Assembly (NCBI GenBank): GCA_030595325.1
Contig: JAUVDN010000002.1
Location: 705-64,704 of the forward strand
Origin: Gammaproteobacteria bacterium
GTDB lineage: Bacteria; Pseudomonadota; Gammaproteobacteria; SZUA-229
Length of the DNA stretch: 64,000 nt
Direction of reading: 5' to 3'
Numbering within the stretch: position 1 is the first letter of the stretch; every line of letters starts with the position of its first letter. The position numbers were made by a program, and so were the translations under genes. The notes under the pieces were generated by a model. That model worked only from the letters and a program-made list of their open reading frames with translations. It was not told the origin of the DNA and made no database searches. Of this stretch, positions 17,625 through 27,501 are shown piece after piece.

Positions 17625-18377
17625 ATGAATGGCTCGCTTCAAACTATACCGTTATTAAATTTATCTATTGCTTTTATTCCTGCATTAATCGCTATTGGAA
17701 TACTTTTTAAGTGGTCGCTTAATTCCAAAAATGCGCTGTATGCTGTTTTAAGAATGCTGACTCAGCTGTTGCTTATCGGCTACTTTCTGGGTTATATCTT
17801 TGATTCTGACAGTGCTGGAGTTGTACTCATCGTACTGGCTGTAATGATATTTGTCTCCAGCTGGATAGCGTTAGGCGTGGTACCTAAACAAAGGTTTCGC
17901 TTGTATAAGTATTCCTTGATTGCTATTGCACTAGGTGGCGGATTTACCTTGTTACTGGTCACGCAAGGGGTGCTAGCACTGGACCCCTGGTATTCACCGC
18001 AGTCTTTTATTCCTATAGCAGGCATGATATTTGCTAATTCGATGAATAGCGTTAGTTTGGCTGCAGAACGGTTGCTTTCAGAGCTAAATCGGGGTGTTAG
18101 CTATGATGATGCTAGAAATATTGCATTGCAATCTTCACTCATACCGGTGATTAACTCGTTGTTTGCTGTGGGCCTTGTGTCGTTGCCGGGTATGATGACG
18201 GGGCAGATTTTATCGGGTATTTCACCTATGATAGCTGCGCGTTATCAGATTATGGTTATGTGTATGATCCTGGGCTCTGCAGGCATAGCAACCGCCTATT
18301 TCCTCGTTCTGATAAAACCCATGGTGGAGAAATCACAGCGAGCTGTTGAGGATAGTTTAATTGATGCTATCGACTAG
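17625..18377 (+). CDS. UPF0014 / FetB(YbbM)-like ABC-type permease, no adjacent ATPase
   Basis: QLLLIGYFLGYIF...FIPIAGMIFANSMNSV...VGLVSLPGMMTGQILSGISP...YQIMVM parallels E. coli FetB as I recall it. Confidence 0.65.
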   Translation: MNGSLQTIPLLNLSIAFIPALIAIGILFKWSLNSKNALYAVLRMLTQLLLIGYFLGYIFDSDSAGVVLIVLAVMIFVSSWIALGVVPKQRFRLYKYSLIAIALGGGFTLLLVTQGVLALDPWYSPQSFIPIAGMIFANSMNSVSLAAERLLSELNRGVSYDDARNIALQSSLIPVINSLFAVGLVSLPGMMTGQILSGISPMIAARYQIMVMCMILGSAGIATAYFLVLIKPMVEKSQRAVEDSLIDAID

Positions 18378-19109
18378 GTTAGAATAATATAATGTCGCAC
18401 CATGTGACGCTTCATTGTTTATGGTTTTGTTCTCACTGCTGAGTAAAAACGCTGCTACTTTAGCTACTTCTTCAGGTGTGGTCAGGTTTTGAGGGTTTTC
18501 GGCCGGAAATGCGCGTGTTCTAAAACTGGTTCTAACACTGCCAGGAATTAAGCCGCATACGTTGATTGATGTATTTTCGACTTCATCAGCGAGTATCTCC
18601 ATGAAAGATTTTAATCCTGCTTTGGATACCCCGTAGGCGCCCCAGTAGGCGGTATTTTTATCATCCAGTGTAAATACGACTGAGCTTTGTGACTCGTGAT
18701 TAAGCAGCGGTAAGCAGGCCTTGGTCAGCATGAACTGAGCATTTAAATTGATCTGCATAACTCGATGCCATAGTTTTGAGTCATATTGTTGAACAGGAGA
18801 GGATGCACCTAACCAGCCTGCATTATTAAATAAACCGTCTAGTTTGCCAAATTCACTATGCAGTGCTTTAGTTAACGTATCACAGTCGTCAGGAGTTATT
18901 TTTTCGAAGTCCAGTGGGTAAATTAGCGGTTCGGAATAACCTGCCTGTACGATTTCATCATATAGTAGCTCCAGTTTAGGCTGTGTTTTACCATGCAGAA
19001 TCACGGTTGCACCGTTTTTCGCACATTCAATGGCAGTGGCTTTGCCGATGCCGTCACTGGCGCCGGTAATAAGTATGGTTTTATCTTTTAGTGTATAGGC
19101 TAATTGCAT
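18357..19109 (-). CDS. SDR-family oxidoreductase, YciK-like
   Basis: TGASDGIGK cofactor motif and YGVSK active-site motif. Colinear with E. coli YciK. Confidence 0.75.
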   Translation of the reverse strand: MQLAYTLKDKTILITGASDGIGKATAIECAKNGATVILHGKTQPKLELLYDEIVQAGYSEPLIYPLDFEKITPDDCDTLTKALHSEFGKLDGLFNNAGWLGASSPVQQYDSKLWHRVMQINLNAQFMLTKACLPLLNHESQSSVVFTLDDKNTAYWGAYGVSKAGLKSFMEILADEVENTSINVCGLIPGSVRTSFRTRAFPAENPQNLTTPEEVAKVAAFLLSSENKTINNEASHGATLYYSNLVDSIN

Positions 19110-19170
19110 AATCTGTTGATGTGCTTAAAATTGGTCGCTTATTTTACTTCGCTTACCAGCAAACGGCTAT

Positions 19171-21156
19171 ATGCAATATACAAATTTAATTTGGCGAGAC
19201 GGGCAGCCATATAGTGAACAATTTGATGATATTTACTATTCATCGAAGCAGGGTGAGCGTATCTCTGGTGAAAGTGAGTTTAATCACGTCTTTTTCAAAA
19301 ATAATGGATTGCCTGACCGATGGCACGAAGACAGGGATTTTGTTATCGCTGAATTGGGTTTCGGCAGCGCTCTAAACTGTTTGTTAACCATACGTGAGTG
19401 GTTAGCTCATCTGGAGGATATAAATTCTGCTGTGGATGCTGAGGGTAGAACTGGGTGCAGAAAAACACTTCATTATATAGCCATAGAAAAGTATCCTTTT
19501 TCAGCAGAAGATATTGCGCTGTTACATGCTGATCACGCTGAGCTAAAACCTTATTGTGATGAGCTGGTTTCTAATTATCCTTTAGCTATTGAGGCAAGTC
19601 ACAGTCGACGTTTATTTAATGGCCGTGTTGTTATCCATTATAAATTTATGGATGCTTATAATGCTCTGGCTAATGAATCTCTAAACGTGGACGCCTGGTA
19701 TTTGGATGGTTTTTCACCAGCGAATAACCCTGGTTTATGGTCGACTGAATTATTTGATGAATTACCTAAAAACAGCAGATTGAATGCGACATGCAGTACT
19801 TATACTTCAGCAGGTTTTGTGAAGCGGAATTTACAGGGTGCTGGCTTTGAGGTTAAGAAGGTTAAAGGCCATGGAAAAAAGCGCGATATGATTGTGGCTA
19901 CGCTGAAACATAAGTGCGAACATAAATTAACTTATGCTGACAAGCCATGGTTTTTTCAAAAGCTTGCTGATAAAAAGCATCCTAAAAGAGTAACGATTAT
20001 CGGCGGTGGTATAGCAGGTCTGAGTATTGCCTATTCTATGATTCAGCGTGGAATATCGGTTACGATTATCGATAGCAATGGCTCAGAAGTTAAAGAGACA
20101 TCATCAAATTTAGCGGCAATTGTTTATCCGCGCTTATCTTTAGATAATGACACTGACACAGAGTTTTATATGTCAGCTTTCTGTTATGCCACTTTTGTTA
20201 TAAAAAAATTACAGGGTAAAAATAAGAAAAGATTCTGGTTTGATGGCGGCTTGTTACAATCTATCAATAGAAAAAGAATCATTTCTATATTAAATAAGTT
20301 TGAATTCAACTGTAATTACATTTCAATAAATAAAGAACCATTATCTCAGAGCGTTAAGGATGAAGATAAAGTTTTTGTGGAATATAAAACGGCAGGGGTG
20401 GTACTGCCTGAGATGCTATGTGATGCGATAAAGAAAGAATGCGGTGAGTATTTGCAGTTTATAAAAGCTGGTATTACTCAGCTTGAACGTGATGGGGACG
20501 TATGGCGATGTTTAGAAGGCACGAAAGTAATTAATGAAGAAAAAATACTCATTATTGCAAATGGTGCAAAATTAAAATCTCTTGAATGTTCAGCAATGTT
20601 TCCTGTTGAATCTGTTCGTGGACAAATGCTGGAAGTGTCGGCGACACCTGTGTCACAGAAAATATCTAAAGTTATTAATAGCGGTATTTATGTGACACCA
20701 GTCATCAATCAGAAACACGTTATCGGTGGAACTTATTCGCGTGATAACAAGAATGAAAATGTAGAAGAGAGGGACAATTACACGCTGCTTGAATCAGCAA
20801 ACGATGTTTATCCTGGAGCATTTGAAATGGCTGATTACGTTCAGTCGTGGGTAGGGTTTCGTGCCATGGCAAAAGATAGAGTTCCTATAGTAGGTGCAAT
20901 GCCGGATATAGCATCTTTTAATAACGAATATGCTGATATTAATATTGGTGATATTAAAAAAAATTACCAGCCTGCAAAAAATCTAAAGGGTCTGCATGTA
21001 TCCATGGCGCATGGATCACGAGGTTTTACCAGTTGTTTTCTGGCGGCTGAAATAATATCTTCGCAGATAATAGGGGGTCCTTCACCGGTGCGTAAAAGGG
21101 TATTGGATTATTTAAACCCTTCAAGGTTTGTTGTGAATGATCTTAAGCGAAGGTGA
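19171..21156 (+). CDS. mnmC: Bifunctional tRNA mnm5s2U34 methyltransferase / FAD-dependent cmnm5s2U34 oxidoreductase
   Basis: N-terminus LIWRDGQPYSEQFDDIYYS, methyltransferase half, DAWYLDGFSPANNP motif, then the FAD GxGxxG motif (IIGGGIAGLS). Confidence 0.9.
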   Translation: MQYTNLIWRDGQPYSEQFDDIYYSSKQGERISGESEFNHVFFKNNGLPDRWHEDRDFVIAELGFGSALNCLLTIREWLAHLEDINSAVDAEGRTGCRKTLHYIAIEKYPFSAEDIALLHADHAELKPYCDELVSNYPLAIEASHSRRLFNGRVVIHYKFMDAYNALANESLNVDAWYLDGFSPANNPGLWSTELFDELPKNSRLNATCSTYTSAGFVKRNLQGAGFEVKKVKGHGKKRDMIVATLKHKCEHKLTYADKPWFFQKLADKKHPKRVTIIGGGIAGLSIAYSMIQRGISVTIIDSNGSEVKETSSNLAAIVYPRLSLDNDTDTEFYMSAFCYATFVIKKLQGKNKKRFWFDGGLLQSINRKRIISILNKFEFNCNYISINKEPLSQSVKDEDKVFVEYKTAGVVLPEMLCDAIKKECGEYLQFIKAGITQLERDGDVWRCLEGTKVINEEKILIIANGAKLKSLECSAMFPVESVRGQMLEVSATPVSQKISKVINSGIYVTPVINQKHVIGGTYSRDNKNENVEERDNYTLLESANDVYPGAFEMADYVQSWVGFRAMAKDRVPIVGAMPDIASFNNEYADINIGDIKKNYQPAKNLKGLHVSMAHGSRGFTSCFLAAEIISSQIIGGPSPVRKRVLDYLNPSRFVVNDLKRR

Positions 21157-24100
21157 TTTTTCACCTTCATTTAAAGATAGTGCTTCTTTTATAGGTTTTG
21201 GTTGTTCGATACCATAGCCTTGCGCATAATCAACCTTTAGTTCCCGTAACTTTTTAACGATCTGATCATTTTCCACATATTCGGCAATCGTTTCAATGCC
21301 CATGATGTGGCCAACCTCATTGATGGCTGCGACCATTGCATGGTCTACGTTGTTGTTGACCATGTCAGAGACAAAGCTACCGTCTATCTTTAGGTAATCA
21401 ACGGGTAGACTCTTCAGGTATTGAAAAGATGATAGCCCGCTGCCAAAATCATCTAGCGCAAATTTGAAGCCGTAACTTTTTAGTTTCTTAATAAGAGTTT
21501 TTGCTTTTTGTAAGTTTTTAATCGCGGCAGTTTCAGTCACTTCAAAGCATATGTGCTTTGTGTTTATCTCAAACTCTTCAGCGGTTTCTTTGATGTAATT
21601 AACGATGTTTTTATCATCAATAGTATTGCCTGATAAGTTAATGGAATAGTGTGTTATTTTTTCATCCAAGTCAGAATATTTGTGTATAAATGAAAAAGTT
21701 TTATATATTACATTTCTATCTACAAGGTGCATCAGCTTGTAACGCTCAGCTGCTGGAATAAATGCATTTGGTGGGATGATATTGTTATTCTCATCTAGCA
21801 GGCGAACCAGAATCTCCATATGTTGCTTCATGGGGTCTTTGTCTTTTAGTGGAACGATGGGTTGCGCGTAAAGCTTTAAACGATCATTATCGATTGCTTC
21901 TGAGATACGCGTGGCCCAGTAAGTTTCTTCCTGTCGCCTTATCAGTTCACTATCTTCTTCTTCATAGACATAGATCTGGTTTTCACCATGATCCTTAGCA
22001 GTGTAACAGGCAAGGTCTGCTTTTCTTATTGCGTCGGCAGCATCGGCGGTGTTTTTATCAAGTGGGTTGATGCCGATGCAAACGCCCAGGCTGTAATCAC
22101 AGTCATCCCATCTGAAAACCATATCTGAGATAGTGTTTGTAATCTTATTGGTTATTTTTAAAGTAGCTTCGTGTGAACAATGTTTAAGTATTAAGCCAAA
22201 TTCATCACCACCAAGACGGCTGAGTACATCGTCACCACGGATACACGATTGTATCAATGACGTTATCTGTATCAAACATTGGTCACCAGCGATGTGTCCA
22301 GCGGTATCATTGATCAGTTTAAATCTGTCCAGATCAAGATAACAGAGTACATGATGCTTAGTGTTGTTTATTGCATCATAAACATGATCAGAAAGTTCTA
22401 TATCAAATGCATCTCTATTTAGCAGATTGGTTAAGGGATCATGCGCAGCCTGATGTTTGATGGTGTTTTCAAGTTGACGACGTTGTGTTTCATCATGAAA
22501 TACAATTACTACACCTTCTGCTTTACCGGAAGTATTTAGAATAGGTGAGATAGAGCTCTCGATGTCTTTATCGTTGCCATTCTTGCTTACCAAACTTAGT
22601 ATGCTTTTGTTAATGCTTATGCCGTCATATAAGCAGGACTTAACAACATCGTGAATGGGTTCACCTGTGTCAAGATCTTCAATCCTAAATACTTTTTGTA
22701 CCGCCAGGTTTTTAGCATCATTCAGTGACCATGCCGTCAGTTCTTCAGCAACTTGATTCATGTACTCGATTTTACCGTTAACATTGGTTGTGATGACGGC
22801 GTCACCAATTGAATGCAAGGTAACTTCTGCACGTTCACGTTCAGATTTCATATCGCTGACTAATTGCATGTTGATGATGGCCATCTGTACACTTTGACCA
22901 AACTGTGACATTAACTGTTCGTCGACTTTATCAAACTCATCATGATTTCTGAAAACAGCAATTGCACCGTATGGTTTTTCTTTGAGAGGCACTGGCGTTG
23001 TCAGAACGGATTTGATATTAAATTGCTTCAATAGCTCTTTCTGAGCACGGGGGGTAGTTGTTACATCATTAATTAACAGGTTTTTGTTATTTAATATTGT
23101 CCAGGAGCAGAGGTCACCGTCTTCAACATCAAGTGTTACATTTTCAAGCCTTTCTGACTGTAGCCCACACACTGCATGGAAATGAAAAGTTTGCTTGTCT
23201 TCATGGATGACTGGAAAGGCAGCAAGTTGTGATTTTGTGATTTCTTGTGCCGCCCGGCATATGTTTTTGAAGAATACATCTTCTTCATATCCTTCAGTTA
23301 TTAATCGCGCTATCCAGTTATCGATTAACGCAAGGCCTTGTTGGTAGCGGTTGCTGTCATTGACTTCAATTTGGTATTCAAGTTCGATAAGGGCACGAGA
23401 TGTAGCAATGGTTAAAATGTTTTCGGCAAGATTTGTATCTTCAATCGGCCTGTCACTTGCAATTGCGATCATGCCAATTACATTGTCTTTGTTGTTAATA
23501 AGGCTGACGCCGATATAACTTACTGCATTATTTAATAGCTTTTCTGTGCAATCCGGAAAATAATTTGAAAAGTCACGGTTGTGTACAAGCCTGCCACTTT
23601 TTATAACTTCTTCACAGGGAGTGTCAGCTAACGAATAAGTCATGTTATTGCTGAACATTCCATGATCCAACAGGCCGATTATTTCTGCGCTTGCCCCAGA
23701 AGAGCTGATTTTATTAATGTATGCATATTCGACATCTAATGCGGTACATAAGGTATTGAGCAGAGTGATCAATCGACCTTCGTTGTCGCCACTATTGCTT
23801 TTTTTATCGATACTGACTAATTGGTATAGGGCTTTTTCTGTTTTAGCACGCAGGTTGATTTCATCGTTTAGTTTAGTATTACTTTCAGATAATTCATCCT
23901 GACTTTTTCGCAGAGTTATAAAGATATATAAGATATAAAATATTAAATAGACAGTGCATAGAAACAGTAATATATTAAAAATTTGAGTATTATTGTTTTG
24001 CTTCTTTTTTAGTTCAGAAACATTGTTTTTTAATATAATGATTTGCTTCTCAGTGTTTAATGAGTTAAATCGCTTCAGCGTCTCGTCTATCTCAGGAAGC

Positions 24101-24702
24101 TTCTCGATAATCATCAAGCTGTGGTTGATCAGAGCATTGGTATCTGTATCTGGTTTGTTATTCAATCTGTCGATGAGTGGATAGATCTTATTGGCGATGT
24201 TGTTCTTTGGGTATTCATTATATTCTAAAAGCAGGGTAACAAGTTCTGCTGTAGTTCGAAGCTGTTGCTTGGATTGTGATTTTGGTTTAACAGAATAGAG
24301 TTCTGTGCTCACGTTGAAAATATAAAACAATGAGTTCTGAAGGATGGAATGATGAGTCTTAAAATCTTCAACTAAAATTGACTGGTGAGTAATTGCATTT
24401 TCTATGCTGCTGATTACATCGATACCAATTTCTTCTGCTGCAACGTGGCTCTCATTTAGGTAGGCGACGTTACTGTTTAGGTCGTTAAGTGTTTTGTTGA
24501 GTGTGTCGTATTGCTGAATCTGATTGCTTCTGTAGCGTAATAGATCACGGTGAAGTTGTACCTGTAAATCTTGTATCTCTTCGATCGTTGACAGTGTCTT
24601 GTCAAGAGGCAGGTCACTAAATATGCTCTTATAGAATAGAAAGGTGATAACTGCAAACAGCAGTACTATCCCTACCCAGTAATTTACATTTCCCTTGTTC
24701 AT
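21121..24702 (-). CDS. Membrane sensor protein: helical extracytoplasmic domain - GAF x2 - PAS - GGDEF - EAL
   Basis: TM at about residues 8-28 and 240-262, bracketing a helical region. PAS (HSIGDAVITTNVNGKIEYMN), GGDEF (RLGGDEFGLIL), and EAL-domain motifs (QPIV, EILVR, FEVTE, DDFGSG, KIDGSF, QGY). Confidence 0.9.
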   Translation of the reverse strand: MNKGNVNYWVGIVLLFAVITFLFYKSIFSDLPLDKTLSTIEEIQDLQVQLHRDLLRYRSNQIQQYDTLNKTLNDLNSNVAYLNESHVAAEEIGIDVISSIENAITHQSILVEDFKTHHSILQNSLFYIFNVSTELYSVKPKSQSKQQLRTTAELVTLLLEYNEYPKNNIANKIYPLIDRLNNKPDTDTNALINHSLMIIEKLPEIDETLKRFNSLNTEKQIIILKNNVSELKKKQNNNTQIFNILLFLCTVYLIFYILYIFITLRKSQDELSESNTKLNDEINLRAKTEKALYQLVSIDKKSNSGDNEGRLITLLNTLCTALDVEYAYINKISSSGASAEIIGLLDHGMFSNNMTYSLADTPCEEVIKSGRLVHNRDFSNYFPDCTEKLLNNAVSYIGVSLINNKDNVIGMIAIASDRPIEDTNLAENILTIATSRALIELEYQIEVNDSNRYQQGLALIDNWIARLITEGYEEDVFFKNICRAAQEITKSQLAAFPVIHEDKQTFHFHAVCGLQSERLENVTLDVEDGDLCSWTILNNKNLLINDVTTTPRAQKELLKQFNIKSVLTTPVPLKEKPYGAIAVFRNHDEFDKVDEQLMSQFGQSVQMAIINMQLVSDMKSERERAEVTLHSIGDAVITTNVNGKIEYMNQVAEELTAWSLNDAKNLAVQKVFRIEDLDTGEPIHDVVKSCLYDGISINKSILSLVSKNGNDKDIESSISPILNTSGKAEGVVIVFHDETQRRQLENTIKHQAAHDPLTNLLNRDAFDIELSDHVYDAINNTKHHVLCYLDLDRFKLINDTAGHIAGDQCLIQITSLIQSCIRGDDVLSRLGGDEFGLILKHCSHEATLKITNKITNTISDMVFRWDDCDYSLGVCIGINPLDKNTADAADAIRKADLACYTAKDHGENQIYVYEEEDSELIRRQEETYWATRISEAIDNDRLKLYAQPIVPLKDKDPMKQHMEILVRLLDENNNIIPPNAFIPAAERYKLMHLVDRNVIYKTFSFIHKYSDLDEKITHYSINLSGNTIDDKNIVNYIKETAEEFEINTKHICFEVTETAAIKNLQKAKTLIKKLKSYGFKFALDDFGSGLSSFQYLKSLPVDYLKIDGSFVSDMVNNNVDHAMVAAINEVGHIMGIETIAEYVENDQIVKKLRELKVDYAQGYGIEQPKPIKEALSLNEGEKSPSLKIIHNKP

Positions 24703-25742
24703 GATTCCGCGTCCAGCGGTATGTTCTTGTATTCACCAGTTAAGGTGTTAAGAAAAGCTTTAATATACAGTACCTCGTCAGTAGACAGTGATCGTCCTAG
24801 CTGAGTTTTTCCCATGATGCTGATGGCTTCTTCGATAGTCTCTGCGCTGCCATCGTGTAGATAGGGTGCAGTCACTGCGATATTTCTTAATGATGGTACC
24901 TTGAATACATAGGCATCCACCAAGCGGTCTGTGATGTTTATTCTTCCGTAGTCTGGTTTTTTAATGTCGCCACGTTCAGCGATATAGTTGTAGAAAACGC
25001 CAAACTTCTGATACAGGTTACCACCGATATTGATTCCCTGATGACAGGAGATACAGCCGAGTTCTTTAAAAATTTTATAACCTTTAATCTCGTCATCATT
25101 TAGTATGTCATCTTCACTTCTGAGGTGCTGGTCAAATTTTGAATTAGGTGTAATAAGTGTTTTTTCGAACTCGACGAGCGAGTTGATGATATTTTCTTTT
25201 GTAACGCCATCTTTATAAATAGCGTTAAAGTCATTTGAGAGTTCCTGATCACTACTGATCGCAGTAACGGCATTATCCCAGTTATTATCAAATTCATGAG
25301 TGCTTGTCATTGCCATGTTGATTTGATCTTGCAGCGTCTTAGCAGCACCATCCCAGTTTTGCCTGAAGTTATATTGTGCATTAAAGATGCTGGGTGTGTT
25401 TATAATATGTTGTTCGCCTGATATTGATATCCCGATAGGCAGATTGTCATCGCCACCGGATGTTAGCTGGTGACAACTGATGCATGCGATTTGGTCGTTC
25501 TTAGACAAACGAGTTTCAATAAACAGCTTTTCGCCTAGTTCAGCTTTACCCTTGTCGACATTGATTTTAAGTGGAATAGGGAAGATTGGTTCTTGGCGTA
25601 AGTAGTTTTCACTCTCTGCGAGCACAGCGGTGCTCATTGTACATAGTAGGGATATTGCTATGTATGATGTGTGTGTGGAAAAATTGAACTGTGGCAGGTG
25701 TTTAATTGATAACATTTCGAGCAAAATCGCTGTAAAATCCAT
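24699..25742 (-). CDS. Di-haem cytochrome c peroxidase (CCP/MauG family)
   Basis: Two CxxCH sites (CISCHQL, CISCHQG), the PSLRN motif and a signal-like N-terminus. Its stop overlaps the downstream start as ATGA. Confidence 0.85.
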   Translation of the reverse strand: MDFTAILLEMLSIKHLPQFNFSTHTSYIAISLLCTMSTAVLAESENYLRQEPIFPIPLKINVDKGKAELGEKLFIETRLSKNDQIACISCHQLTSGGDDNLPIGISISGEQHIINTPSIFNAQYNFRQNWDGAAKTLQDQINMAMTSTHEFDNNWDNAVTAISSDQELSNDFNAIYKDGVTKENIINSLVEFEKTLITPNSKFDQHLRSEDDILNDDEIKGYKIFKELGCISCHQGINIGGNLYQKFGVFYNYIAERGDIKKPDYGRINITDRLVDAYVFKVPSLRNIAVTAPYLHDGSAETIEEAISIMGKTQLGRSLSTDEVLYIKAFLNTLTGEYKNIPLDAES

Positions 25743-25786
25743 GATTGTTAAAGTTATAAAACATCACCTTGAATTTTAGTCAATAT

Positions 25787-26554
25787 ATGAGAAAAAGCAT
25801 GTCTATTACACTGGTCAAAAGCCTATTTTTGATATTTTTTTTCATTGCTGGAGTGAGTTCAGTATATTCAGCCTGTGATGACACCGCAGCGCCTGAAGTT
25901 AACTGGGCTAACTGTGATTTCACTGGCAAAGACTTTAAAAACAATGACTTAACTGGCGCTGTTTTAACCGGTGCTACTCTGGATGGTGCTGATTTTTCTG
26001 GTGCGATACTGGAAAATGTTGATTTAAACTTTGCCAGCCTGACAAATGCCCGTTTTGATGGCGCTAGAATGGCGAATATCCGCCTGGTTGGCGTTGATGC
26101 GCAGGGTGCAAGTTTCAAAAATGCCGTGATGGTGAATAGCCGGTTGAGTCGATCCAGCTTAAAAAAATCTGATTTCAGCGGTGTGAAAGCTGAAAAATCA
26201 AATTTTTATCAAGCAGACCTCGAGTCAGCGATTTTTGCTGGTGCCTTGCTCAGTAAAGTAAACTTTGAAGGGGCTAATCTTAGTTCGGCTGACTTTTCCC
26301 ACTCGGTATTGAACGAGTCGGTATTGCGAAACTCACGTTTACGTAATACCAATATGAAATATGCGGAATTGAGTAAAGTGATTTTTGACAAGTCAGATTG
26401 CCGTGGTGCAGATTTCACTAAGGCTGATTTGAGTAAAGCCTCTTTCAGAGAGGCCGATATTGATGAAAGCGTCTTTGACGAGGCTGTTTTGAAAGACACT
26501 ATCTGGTCTGACTATAGACGGTGTCGTGCGAATTCTATCGGAACATGTAAATGA
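25787..26554 (+). CDS. Exported pentapeptide-repeat protein
   Basis: Signal peptide (MRKSMSITLVKSLFLIFFFIAGVSSVYS) followed by continuous A(D/N)LxG-type pentapeptide repeats. ATG at 25787 is preferred to the TTG at 25769. Confidence 0.8.
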   Translation: MRKSMSITLVKSLFLIFFFIAGVSSVYSACDDTAAPEVNWANCDFTGKDFKNNDLTGAVLTGATLDGADFSGAILENVDLNFASLTNARFDGARMANIRLVGVDAQGASFKNAVMVNSRLSRSSLKKSDFSGVKAEKSNFYQADLESAIFAGALLSKVNFEGANLSSADFSHSVLNESVLRNSRLRNTNMKYAELSKVIFDKSDCRGADFTKADLSKASFREADIDESVFDEAVLKDTIWSDYRRCRANSIGTCK

Positions 26555-26610
26555 GCTCATGTATTATTGATGTAACAAGTAAAAATTTTGATGATGCTGT
26601 TTTAAGACAC

Positions 26611-26666
26611 ACAAATTAAGACACACAAATTAAGACGTACAAATTAAGACGTACAAATTAAGAAGT
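26611..26666. repeat. 14-nt tandem repeat x4 (ACAAATTAAGACRY)
   Basis: acaaattaagacac / acaaattaagacgt / acaaattaagacgt / acaaattaagaagt, preceded by a partial copy from 26603. Lies 57 nt downstream of the pentapeptide gene stop. Confidence 0.9.
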
Positions 26667-26819
26667 TCACATAAAGATTCGGGGCATGTAGGTCAGGGGA
26701 AAATTCTTCCGGAAGATGAGCTAGGTAGTGATAAGCGTCGGTGCGCGTTGTAGATGCATTAACTTTTAACCAAATTGAAGCAAAATATTTTTAACCAGAA
26801 TTTTAAGCAAGAATAAACT

Positions 26820-27254
26820 ATGTACAGCATACCCGATCACCTTGTAAAACCATTAAAATATGCAGCAATACTTGCAGGAATTGTTGTTGTGATAATTTCC
26901 GTAAATGAAAGCTATAAATACTTATATTATAAGCTGCCGCCAACATTAGTGAATGTCAGTGTAAAGTACTTACCAGCGTCGCCTTGTAGAAAAGATACGC
27001 CGATGTACATGCTGATTATTAATGATAGTTATAGATCTGTCGTTAGCACTTCTTTTATTTTGACGGTAAAGGTTGATGAGGCTAGCGAAAACCTTATCCC
27101 GTTGTTGGCAGGCAATTATTCCTCCGATGTGCTTATTAAGCCCGGAGAGTCTCATGAAGGGTGTTGGTCTTATCCGAAGTTATACAATAATAAACATGCA
27201 CCAGAATCGCTAATTTACAGCGTTAAACGTCAGTCTATAAAGTTTGCTGATTAG
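26820..27254 (+). CDS. Hypothetical membrane-anchored protein (144 aa)
   Basis: A single N-terminal hydrophobic segment (YAAILAGIVVVIISV). No motif recognised. Confidence 0.45.
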   Translation: MYSIPDHLVKPLKYAAILAGIVVVIISVNESYKYLYYKLPPTLVNVSVKYLPASPCRKDTPMYMLIINDSYRSVVSTSFILTVKVDEASENLIPLLAGNYSSDVLIKPGESHEGCWSYPKLYNNKHAPESLIYSVKRQSIKFAD

Positions 27255-27281
27255 CCAGTTTTGCCTTATTAACTAAAGGCG

Positions 27282-27485
27282 TTAATAATGCGGCGGCGGT
27301 GTTTCCTCACTTTCCAGTGCGACAGGAGAAGACTGAGAGGCTTTTATTTTCTTCTCTAATGCAGACACCTGCAGTTGCAATAGATCAATGGCATCATGTT
27401 GTTTGATAATTGTTTTGTCTAGAACTTCGATGGTATCTTCCAGATGTGTTAATCGAATTTCCAGCTCGGTGACGCGAGTTTCCAT
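27282..27485 (-). CDS. slyX: SlyX-family protein
   Basis: 67-aa coiled coil reading METRVTELEIRLTHLEDTIEVLDKTIIKQHDAIDLLQLQV, which matches the SlyX pattern. Confidence 0.75.
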   Translation of the reverse strand: METRVTELEIRLTHLEDTIEVLDKTIIKQHDAIDLLQLQVSALEKKIKASQSSPVALESEETPPPHY

Positions 27486-27501
27486 TATTCTGTACCAGTG
27501 T

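Noticed and set aside
25780-26499. Antisense ORFs 25780..26118 and 26209..26499 opposite the pentapeptide-repeat gene
   Set aside because: The repetitive pentapeptide coding sequence keeps other frames open. The sense frame has the signal peptide and the regular repeat.
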